From: an uncultured Flavobacteriales bacterium
GTDB lineage: Bacteria; Bacteroidota; Bacteroidia; Flavobacteriales_D; Crocinitomicaceae
NCBI GenBank assembly: GCA_966250255.1
Contig: CBINGV010000001.1
Span: 2,323-66,322 of the forward strand
DNA length: 64,000 nt
Direction: 5' to 3'
Positions 56,629-64,000 of the stretch are shown here, in pieces (within the stretch, counting starts at the first letter, position 1; each line of letters begins with the position of its first letter). The notes below the pieces were generated by a model. The model did no database searches and was not told the origin of the DNA. It saw nothing but the letters and a program-made list of their open reading frames with translations. A program made the position numbers and the translations under genes.

Positions 56629-57651
56629 GTGAAAAAGCCAGATGTTTTACTGATTTATACCGGTGGTACGATCGGGATGATCAACGATCCGAAAACAGGT
56701 TCGCTGAAGGCCTTTGATTTCAGGCACCTCAGCAGCCAGATCCCGGAGCTGGAACGGCTCAACGTGAACCTCCATACCTTTTCGTTTCCGGAGCCGGTGG
56801 ATTCTTCGGAAATGAACCCAGGGCTCTGGGCGGCGATTGCCCGGCAGATTTACGACAATTACGCGGCTTACGACGGTTTCGTGGTGCTCCACGGTTCGGA
56901 TACGATGGCCTATACGGCCTCGGCATTGAGCTTCATGCTGCAGGGACTGCAAAAACCGGTTATTCTCACCGGCTCGCAGCTGCCGATCGGCACGATTCGC
57001 ACGGACGGGAAAGAAAATATCATTACGGCGATCGAGATTGCGGCCGACAAAGACGAAAAGGGGCTGGCGAAAATCCGCGAGGTGGCCATTTACTTTGAGT
57101 ATTCACTTTACCGCGGCAACCGCACTTCCAAAATATCGGCGAGCCATTTTGAAGCTTTCAAGTCACCGAATTACCCCGAACTGGCCATTGCGGGTGTGCA
57201 GATTGCCTACCAGCTGCGCGAAAGCTATGCGCCGGCCCGGGAGCTGGAATTTTTTACGGATTTCGACAAGCGCATCGCCCTGCTGAAGATCTTCCCGGGC
57301 TTTTTGCCGGAAATCTATGCAGGCGTGTTTAACCCGGAACAGGTGAAAGGCATCGTGATCGAGAGTTTTGGTTCAGGCAATGTGCCTACCGACCTGCGTT
57401 TCCAGCAGCTGGTGCGCGATTACCTGGCAGCAGGCGGCGTCATCCTGAATATTACGCAATGCAGCACCGGCATGGTGGACCAGGGCAAGTACCAGACCAG
57501 CTCCTTTTTCAACGAGATCGGGGTGACGGGTGGCCGGGACCTGACCACGGAAGCCGCGCTGACGAAAATGATGTACCTGCTTGGAAAATACAAGGACCGC
57601 GATACGATAATCCGGAAGCTGGGCGAGCCCGTTTGCGGTGAAATGAGCTAA
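56629..57651 (+). CDS. ansA: Type I L-asparaginase
   Basis: KKPDVLLIYTGGTIGM catalytic threonine block, plus HGSDTMAYTASAL and GIVIESFGSGN. There is no in-frame ATG, so a GTG at 56629 is chosen (340 aa). In-frame TTG 56608 and GTG 56581 are alternatives. The track start at 56395 lies in repeat DNA. Confidence 0.88.
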   Translation: MKKPDVLLIYTGGTIGMINDPKTGSLKAFDFRHLSSQIPELERLNVNLHTFSFPEPVDSSEMNPGLWAAIARQIYDNYAAYDGFVVLHGSDTMAYTASALSFMLQGLQKPVILTGSQLPIGTIRTDGKENIITAIEIAADKDEKGLAKIREVAIYFEYSLYRGNRTSKISASHFEAFKSPNYPELAIAGVQIAYQLRESYAPARELEFFTDFDKRIALLKIFPGFLPEIYAGVFNPEQVKGIVIESFGSGNVPTDLRFQQLVRDYLAAGGVILNITQCSTGMVDQGKYQTSSFFNEIGVTGGRDLTTEAALTKMMYLLGKYKDRDTIIRKLGEPVCGEMS

Positions 57652-57698
57652 AAAGCAAAAAATCTCGCCGAAGTATACGAGAAACATAAATTTTTCCT

Positions 57699-57706
57699 TA
57701 TCTTTG
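57699..57706 (+). promoter_or_regulatory. -7 box TATCTTTG upstream of tRNA-Ser
   Basis: TAnnTTTG match 40 nt upstream of the tRNA 5' end. Confidence 0.45.
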
Positions 57707-57746
57707 CCGTCCCAATCGCAACAACCGGCGATTGCTGAATAAAAAA

Positions 57747-57834
57747 GGAGAGGTGTCCGAGTGGTTGAAGGAGCACGCCTGGAAAGTGTGTATACGCCTA
57801 AAGTGTATCGAGGGTTCGAATCCCTCTCTCTCCG
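57747..57834 (+). tRNA. tRNA-Ser (anticodon GGA)
   Basis: Manual fold: acceptor GGAGAGG/TCTCTCC, anticodon stem CACGC/GTGTG with loop CTGGAAA, a long variable arm, and T-arm GAGGG-TTCGAAT-CCCTC. No encoded CCA. Confidence 0.9.
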
Positions 57835-57846
57835 CAAGCTTTTGAA

Positions 57847-57875
57847 ATCCCGCTGAGTTTTCAGCGGGATTTTTT
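57847..57875 (+). terminator. Rho-independent terminator after tRNA-Ser
   Basis: ATCCCGCTGA-GTTT-TCAGCGGGAT followed by TTTTT. Confidence 0.8.
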
Positions 57876-58254
57876 GTTGATCCGTTTGAGCCATGTTTAC
57901 ATGGGCGAAAAACCAGGGTCAATAAAAACGAAGCCGGATGAAGGCATCCGGCTGATTTCAAAAGCTTGCCAGGCTCCCCTCCCGGGATCACGCAGTAATC
58001 TCTTCTTTCCATTTCAAGCACATAATACACATAGCGTTGAAGCTGTGGGTTTGATGGCTTTTGTAGCCACGAATTTCACCAATTGGCACGAATAAAATTA
58101 GTGTAATTCGTGGCTAAAAATATCATCTGTACTTAAACATAGCAGACATTCAATAGATTTTGATTAAATCACAATTCTTACAACCATTCCCCAAAAGAAT
58201 ATAAAATCATCCTCTTTCCGATGCCGTAATTTTACGATTCAAAATAAGCGGAAA

Positions 58255-59019
58255 ATGGAAGAATTAAGAGCGTATTTACCTTCGAATGAAAAGCTGGAGG
58301 GCAAAAATGTCCTGGTAACCGGCGGAACGACCGGGATCGGGCGTGCGGTGGCGCTGTACCTCGTGGAACTGGGGGCAAAAGTGATGATCGTGGGTCGCCA
58401 TGCCGAAGAATTGGAAGCAGCTCTTGCCGATCTCAGCAAAATTAGCGAAGACCGGGTTTATGGTATGATTGCCGATGTTTCGGAACAGAAAGGTATTGAA
58501 CGCATCTTCAAGGCGCTTGACCATCGTTTCGGGCAGATTGATGTACTGATCAATAATGCGGGTCTGGGTTACCAAAGCGTGCTCGACCACGAAGCGGAAG
58601 AAATGGATTACGGCATAGATACTAACCTGGGAGGCTACCTCGCTTGTGCCCGCGAAGCCGCTTTGCGGATGAAAGAAAAGGGCGGCGGGCATATTGCCAA
58701 TGTGGGATCGGTGAGCGCCGTGAAACGTGGCGGAGGCAGCTCGGTTTACGTGGCTACGAAATCAGCTATCCAGGGCTTTTCGGCCTCGCTGCGCAAAGAA
58801 TTGAGCGAATTCAAGATCAAGGTGACACTCGTTGAGCCGGGATCGACCGCAACGGACATGCAGGAAAAAAGCCAGGAGGAGATGGACGAAAAAGTGGAAG
58901 CGGCAGAAATGCTGGATGCTTCCGATATCGCTGCGGGCATTGTGTATTGCCTCACCCAACCGCAGCGGAGCAACATCGACACCATCCAGATCACACCCTT
59001 GCTCAAGGCGGATAGCTGA
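58255..59019 (+). CDS. SDR family oxidoreductase
   Basis: 254 aa with VLVTGGTTGIGRAVA (TGxxxGxG), NNAG and YVATKSAI (YxxxK). Confidence 0.9.
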   Translation: MEELRAYLPSNEKLEGKNVLVTGGTTGIGRAVALYLVELGAKVMIVGRHAEELEAALADLSKISEDRVYGMIADVSEQKGIERIFKALDHRFGQIDVLINNAGLGYQSVLDHEAEEMDYGIDTNLGGYLACAREAALRMKEKGGGHIANVGSVSAVKRGGGSSVYVATKSAIQGFSASLRKELSEFKIKVTLVEPGSTATDMQEKSQEEMDEKVEAAEMLDASDIAAGIVYCLTQPQRSNIDTIQITPLLKADS

Positions 59020-59130
59020 TCATTTTCCTGCTTATCCCTTAAAAAAGTGCCTCTGCGTCTATCTGCGCATTCCGCGGGCAAACAACGTTAATATTCCCTA
59101 AATCGGTTTTCTTTTTCGGATTTAATCCCG

Positions 59131-59138
59131 TACCTTTG
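59131..59138 (+). promoter_or_regulatory. -7 box TACCTTTG upstream of purF
   Basis: TAnnTTTG match 17 nt upstream of the ATG at 59156. Confidence 0.5.
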
Positions 59139-59155
59139 CAAAAAATTTTCAAGGC

Positions 59156-61057
59156 ATGAGCGACGCGGTCAAACATGAGTGTGGGATAGCACTTTTGAGA
59201 TTAAAAAAACCTTTGCAATTTTACCTCGACAAGTACGGCACGGCTTTTTACGGCCTCGGTAAAATGCACCTCATGATGGAAAAGCAGCGCAACCGCGGCC
59301 AGGATGGAGCGGGACTGGTGAACATCAAGTTTGACATGACGCCGGGCGAACGCTACATTTCCCGCCACCGCTCGATCAACAAAAACCCGATCCAGGATAT
59401 TTTTGACCAGATCAACCGAAAATTTACAGCCATCGGCGAAGACAATCCCGAAAACCTCAAAAATATTGATTTCCTGAAGAAAAATGCCGGCTTTACCGGG
59501 GAACTTTTTCTCGGACATTTGCGCTACGGGACGTTCGGCCGGAATTCCATTGAGAGCTGCCACCCTTTCCTGCGCCAGAACAACTGGATTACACGCAACC
59601 TGGTCGTGGCCGGGAATTTCAACCTCACGAACGTCGACGAGCTCTTTGATGTCCTGCTCGAAATCGGCCAGCACCCGAAGGAGAAATCCGATACGGTGAC
59701 GGTGATGGAGAAAATCGGGCATTACCTGGACGTTGAAAACGACGAAATGTTCCAGAAATACCAGGCGGAAGGCCTTTCCTACATCGAAAGCTATGCGAAG
59801 ATTGCCGAAAACCTGAACATCGAAAATATCCTCAAGATCTCTTCCGAATTCTGGGACGGCGGTTATGCCATGGCCGGGCTTTTCGGTCACGGTGATGCTT
59901 TCGTTTTGCGCGACCCGGCGGGAATCCGTCCGACTTACTGGTACGAGGATGAGGAAATCTGCGTGGTGGCTTCCGAGCGCCCGGTGATCCAAACGGCCTT
60001 CAAGCTGAAATACGAGCAAATCAACGAGCTGCAGCCGGGCCATGCGCTGATCATCAAAAAAAGCGGGCAGGTTTCGGAAGTGGAGATCAACAAGCCGATC
60101 GAAAAGAAAAGCTGTTCCTTCGAGCGCATTTATTTCTCGCGCGGCAACGACAAGGAAATTTACAACGAGCGCATCAACCTCGGGAAACTGATCGTAAAAC
60201 AGGTATTGGAATCGGTCAACTACGACCTCGATAATTCCGTGTTTTCCTTCATCCCGAATACGGCCGAAATCGCCTTTTACGGCATGATGAAAGGCCTGGA
60301 GGATTACCTCAACGACAAAAAATACGAGGCGATCATCAACCTGAAAGACAAGCCGACGCCCGAGCAGCTGAAAGAAATCATTTACCGCCGCGCGCGCCTG
60401 GAAAAAATCACGATCAAGGACGCCAAGCTGCGCACTTTCATCACCCAGGACGACGAGCGCGACGACATCGTTTCCTCAAGCTACGACATCACCTATGGTT
60501 CGGTTCACCGCGATAAAGATAACCTGGTGGTGCTCGACGACAGCATCGTGCGCGGAACGACCCTGAAACAAAGCATTCTCCGTATCCTCGACCGCCTAGG
60601 CCCAAAGAAAATCATCGTGGTTTCTTCCGCCCCGCAAATCCGCTACCCGGACTGCTATGGGATCGATATGGCGAAAATGAGCGATTTCATTGCCTTCGAA
60701 GCCACGATCCAGCTCCTGAAAGAAAGCGGCCGCGAACAGTTGATCCAGGATGTTTACCAACAGTGCAAGGCGCAGCAGCACCTGCCGAAAGAAGAGATCA
60801 AAAACTATGTGAAGGCCATTTACAAACCCTTTACAGCACAGGAAATTTCCGATAAAATTGCGCTTTTGCTTACACCAAGCACCATCAACGCAAAGGTGGA
60901 GATCATTTACCAATCCATTGAAAACCTGCATGAGGCCTGCCCGAACCATCTCGGCGACTGGTATTTTACCGGCGATTACCCGACCCCGGGCGGTAACAAG
61001 GTGGTGAACACAGCTTTCATTAATTTCATCGAAGGGAAAAACGAGCGGGCTTACTAG
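59156..61057 (+). CDS. purF: Amidophosphoribosyltransferase (long Bacteroidota-type form)
   Basis: 633 aa with an HECGIALLRL Ntn-amidotransferase cysteine, then the PRTase block VVLDDSIVRGTTL. Confidence 0.88.
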   Translation: MSDAVKHECGIALLRLKKPLQFYLDKYGTAFYGLGKMHLMMEKQRNRGQDGAGLVNIKFDMTPGERYISRHRSINKNPIQDIFDQINRKFTAIGEDNPENLKNIDFLKKNAGFTGELFLGHLRYGTFGRNSIESCHPFLRQNNWITRNLVVAGNFNLTNVDELFDVLLEIGQHPKEKSDTVTVMEKIGHYLDVENDEMFQKYQAEGLSYIESYAKIAENLNIENILKISSEFWDGGYAMAGLFGHGDAFVLRDPAGIRPTYWYEDEEICVVASERPVIQTAFKLKYEQINELQPGHALIIKKSGQVSEVEINKPIEKKSCSFERIYFSRGNDKEIYNERINLGKLIVKQVLESVNYDLDNSVFSFIPNTAEIAFYGMMKGLEDYLNDKKYEAIINLKDKPTPEQLKEIIYRRARLEKITIKDAKLRTFITQDDERDDIVSSSYDITYGSVHRDKDNLVVLDDSIVRGTTLKQSILRILDRLGPKKIIVVSSAPQIRYPDCYGIDMAKMSDFIAFEATIQLLKESGREQLIQDVYQQCKAQQHLPKEEIKNYVKAIYKPFTAQEISDKIALLLTPSTINAKVEIIYQSIENLHEACPNHLGDWYFTGDYPTPGGNKVVNTAFINFIEGKNERAY

Positions 61058-62046
61058 GCCGGAACCCGGAAATAGTATTGTTTTAATTTCAATTGTTTTT
61101 GGCTTTCGGGCGTGAGATCGTCCGTGAAATTATCATAGTCAAACAATTGCAAGCGGTAACGCGGGTAATAGTGATTGCCGGCCTTGAAGGTTTTGGCCCA
61201 TTTGTTTTGTTTCCAGAAGGCTTTTGATCCGAAAGGAAGTCCTTCCACCTGGCTTGCTTCGTAGAATTTAAAAAAGCCCGTATAAAAATTGGATGTTTGC
61301 GAGCTGACGTATTCGTCGGGGTAACATTCCAAACGGTAAAGCAAAAGTGATTTCCCAGTCCTTTCTCCCCAAAAAACCAGGCTGGCGAAACGTTTTTCGG
61401 CCTTTTGATCGCAGCAGCTTGTTTCAAAGCCCAGGAACACAAGCAAATTTTTCGTGTCGGGAGCATAAAGGATCGTATCAATCGCCAGGGTGGAACGTAT
61501 TTTTTCGAGCTGAAAATTTCCAAGGTTCAGGTTCAGGTCGCGGGAAAATGATCTCAGGGTATCCGCAAAAAAGGGGTAAAGCGAATCGCTGTATTCCGGT
61601 TTATCAAAAAAGCGCTTGAAAAAACGGGAAATCACCGCATAATCCCGCTGGCTCATTCCCCGTCCCACACGTTTAAACTCCGACTTTTGGAGGATGCCTG
61701 CATAGAGCCTTTTCTTCTTTTCCAGCGCGCTTTTGTCTTGATGCACCATCTTTTGCCGGTGGGCAGAAAGGTTGAAACCAGGATGCGCTTTTTCGTAAAT
61801 ACAGTTGAAGTAGCCCGAAAAGCTGCAAGCCGTGTAAAGCAGGAGTGAGCAAAACAGCTGGAAGGCCATTTTTTGGGGATTAGCTGCCCGGATGAAGGCA
61901 ACGATCAGGTTGAGGATCAGCAGATAAATCAAGGCCTTGAAGGCATAGCCGATTCCTCCCATTTCATGACCGGTCGCAATTTTTGAAATACAAAAAAAGG
62001 TGATCGCCAGGGTAACGAAAACGTCGATCAGGATAAAAAACCTCAC
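61054..62046 (-). CDS. Hypothetical membrane-anchored protein
   Basis: 330 aa with a GTG start, about three N-terminal hydrophobic segments and a soluble domain of no recognised family. Its stop overlaps the purF stop (CTAG). Confidence 0.6.
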   Translation of the reverse strand: MRFFILIDVFVTLAITFFCISKIATGHEMGGIGYAFKALIYLLILNLIVAFIRAANPQKMAFQLFCSLLLYTACSFSGYFNCIYEKAHPGFNLSAHRQKMVHQDKSALEKKKRLYAGILQKSEFKRVGRGMSQRDYAVISRFFKRFFDKPEYSDSLYPFFADTLRSFSRDLNLNLGNFQLEKIRSTLAIDTILYAPDTKNLLVFLGFETSCCDQKAEKRFASLVFWGERTGKSLLLYRLECYPDEYVSSQTSNFYTGFFKFYEASQVEGLPFGSKAFWKQNKWAKTFKAGNHYYPRYRLQLFDYDNFTDDLTPESQKQLKLKQYYFRVPA

Positions 62047-62072
62047 GCAGTAAAGATAGCGATTTTAGCGGC

Positions 62073-62318
62073 TCAGGCTTTTTTGGCGAAAAGGCCTTTG
62101 AAAAAGGCGATGATGGGTTTCCGGAACAGGAACATCAGCAGGAGGTAGGGAATGATCATCAGGTACAAAATCCCGGTGTTGATGTTGGAGCCAAAGGCGT
62201 CTTCCGGCATTTCGCTTCCCTGCTCGGCCAGCAATTTACACTGCGAGCAACCCTGCGCCCAAAGCTGTTGTGAAAAAACAACTCCGGCAACAATCAAAAG
62301 AAACGCTTTCTGTTTCAT
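62073..62318 (-). CDS. Hypothetical small membrane protein
   Basis: 81 aa from MKQKAFLLIVAGVVFSQQLWAQGCSQCK (signal peptide, C-x2-C) with one C-terminal TM helix. The track's N-terminal extension was rejected. Confidence 0.55.
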   Translation of the reverse strand: MKQKAFLLIVAGVVFSQQLWAQGCSQCKLLAEQGSEMPEDAFGSNINTGILYLMIIPYLLLMFLFRKPIIAFFKGLFAKKA

Positions 62319-62479
62319 GGTGCAAAGATAACTAAAAAGAATAATGGAAAATTGAGAATGGAAAATGAAGGCCATAATTTTCCGTGCATCGTTCGAGGAA
62401 TTCATGAATGTACCCCTGCATAAATCCGCATAGCGCAACAATTTCCATTTTTCAGTCTCAATTTTCCATTCAAAAAGCG

Positions 62480-62487
62480 TAATTTTG
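62480..62487 (+). promoter_or_regulatory. -7 box TAATTTTG upstream of the MarC-family gene
   Basis: TAnnTTTG match 18 nt upstream of the ATG at 62506. Confidence 0.45.
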
Positions 62488-62505
62488 GGCTTAAATTCAG
62501 ACAAG

Positions 62506-63099
62506 ATGATGGACTTTTTCTACGGTTTCGACGTCAACGAAATGCTCAAGGCAACGATCGTGCTCTTCGCGGTGGTGGATATCATCGGTTCTATCCCGAC
62601 GGTATTAAAAATCAAGGAATTGTCCGGCGAAATCCACGCTTTCCAGGCGAGTATCGTGGCCCTTGGTATCATGATCGGCTTCCTGATTTTCGGGGAAAGC
62701 ATCCTGAAGCTCTTCGGGGTGAACATCGAGTCCTTCGCCGTGGCCGGTTCCATCCTGCTTTTTGCACTAAGTTTCGAAATGATCCTGGGCATCAAACTGT
62801 TCAATGATCACGGAACGGGCAAAACGGCCAGCATTGTGCCCCTCGCTTTCCCGATCATCGCCGGCGCCGGAACGATGACCACGCTGATCTCCCTCCGCGC
62901 GGAATACGAATACATCAATATCGTACTGGCCATCTTCATCAACATCATCATTGTTTATACGGTATTGCGCCTCAGCCGCAAAATTGAGCACCTGCTCGGT
63001 GAAGGGGGTATCGCGATCCTGAAAAAGGTCTTCGGGATCATTCTCCTGGCCATCGCGGTGAAGCTGTTTACCGGCAATGTGAAAATCCTGTTTGAGTGA
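62506..63099 (+). CDS. MarC family (UPF0056/NAAT) membrane protein
   Basis: About 197 aa from MMDFFYGFDV, with six hydrophobic segments and the typical IAGAGTMTTLISL block. Confidence 0.85.
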   Translation: MMDFFYGFDVNEMLKATIVLFAVVDIIGSIPTVLKIKELSGEIHAFQASIVALGIMIGFLIFGESILKLFGVNIESFAVAGSILLFALSFEMILGIKLFNDHGTGKTASIVPLAFPIIAGAGTMTTLISLRAEYEYINIVLAIFINIIIVYTVLRLSRKIEHLLGEGGIAILKKVFGIILLAIAVKLFTGNVKILFE

Positions 63100-63311
63100 T
63101 ATTTCCCGCGGATTTCACAGACAAAGTAGGGTCTTGGTGGCGGTTGATTTTCTCCCGCTGATTTCGCAGCTTTAAGATGACGCTTCGGCGAAATGAGAAT
63201 TCTCCCGCTGATCGCACGGATTCCCCGGAAAACTCCTTTATGGTTCGTGCATGGTAAAAAGACTTCGCGCCCTTTGCGTTCCCTTATCACTTGATTTTGT
63301 ACATTTGGAAC

Positions 63312-64000
63312 ATGACACGTTTGTTTTTGCTTTCCGCTTTCGTTTTCGGCCTGGGCTTTGTCTTTGGCCAGCAACCCCTTATTTATAAAGGAAAAATCGG
63401 GCCTTACCCGATCGAGTTCCGGCTGAAATCCTGCGACAGTATGAGCGGGAAAGTGACCGCATCCTACCGCTATGCCAAAAAGAAAAATTTCCTGGCCCTC
63501 GCCGGTGAGCTGAAGGGTGATGTGCTCTACCTGGATGAAATTGCGGGAAAAGACACCACGGGCAACTGGTACATCCAGCAGGAGGGCGATTCCCTGACGG
63601 GTTGGTGGCTCGGGAAATCAAGCCAGCATCGCGTCAAGCTGAAGTATGCTTCCGGCGACAAAAACAGCCTGCGGGTACAGGACGAGCTTTCCCTGAGCAA
63701 AAAGGTTTCCCCGGCCAAAACGGGCGTTACGAAATCTCGTATTACTTCATCAATGACATGTGGTTTACGGAAGAAAACCCGCTGCTCGAAGTGGGCTTCA
63801 ATGGCGGTACGGTGGATATCAAAGAGCTTAGCGCCACAGAAATTGAGTTTAACGTGGAAATGGTTTGTGGTCCGACCTATCACATTGCCTATGCAGGTGG
63901 AACAGCCCAAAAAAGTGGCGACGAATACATTTACACCAATGAGAACGGCTGTGAAATCCGCATCCGCTTCAGCGATAAAAAACTGACGATCCAGGCCAAC
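63312..64000 (+). pseudogene. Secreted hypothetical protein, apparently frameshifted near 63705-63722; continues past the right edge
   Basis: Frame 0 reads well from MTRLFLLSAFVFGLGFVFGQQ to ...SLSKKVSPAK, then turns into R/K/S-rich text. A second frame (codons starting at 63722) reads GRYEISYYFINDMWFTEENPLLEVGFNGGTVDIKELSATEIEFNVEMVCGPTYHIAYAGG... to 64000 without a stop. Confidence 0.6.

Noticed and set aside
57835-58254. A 420-nt non-coding stretch after tRNA-Ser, considered as a possible integration-site remnant. It contains the hairpin AGCCGGATG-AAGG-CATCCGGCT (about 57933-57954) and a 12-bp inverted repeat TAGCCACGAATT...AATTCGTGGCTA (about 58062-58114).
   Set aside because: There is no integrase and no direct repeat of the tRNA 3' end. 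The next gene is an ordinary SDR oxidoreductase. The sequence resembles the same word-type junk repeats seen elsewhere.
8371-63283. CRISPR array candidates among the many short intergenic repeats.
   Set aside because: The repeats are imperfect, irregularly spaced and scattered across separate intergenic regions. There is no array of identical direct repeats with unique spacers and no cas genes.

Overview
This window reads as an ordinary, mostly housekeeping chromosomal segment of a Bacteroidota genome. Supporting signs are TAnnTTTG -7 promoter boxes, T9SS C-terminal sorting domains, DUF4270/DUF5686-type genes and a CarboxypepD_reg-type TonB receptor. I can support about 57 protein genes: tatC, dxr, def, pdxA, pepA, tdh, hmgA-hppD, glmS, panC-panD, mce, ppa, pheT, gcvH, feoAB, aspS, tatD, ansA, purF and others. 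There is one tRNA-Ser(GGA). I see no rRNA, CRISPR array, transposase, integrase, phage gene or recognisable defence, toxin or biosynthetic cluster, so I do not claim a novel system. Six things seem worth a second look. (1) Two separate tandem pairs of small secreted cysteine-containing proteins of unknown family (39.7-40.6 kb and 54.9-56.1 kb) have strongly conserved upstream blocks and share the 11-mer TTGAAAAACAG. One pair sits next to a plastocyanin-like T9SS protein and an ECF-type sigma factor with no anti-sigma gene. (2) The intergenic regions hold several dispersed repeat families: a ~97-nt element in inverted copies 9 kb apart (one supplying the last codons of mce), a 31-nt CCTCCCTTGAGGGAGG-containing core in three copies, and long imperfect palindromes built around an identical terminator hairpin. 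(3) The last gene appears frameshifted. (4) feoA-feoB-44aa-GT2 form a chain of overlapping genes. (5) A BlaI-like repressor has no BlaR1 partner. (6) An AddB-like nuclease has no adjacent helicase. All functional calls come from motif and family recognition by eye; no database search was run.
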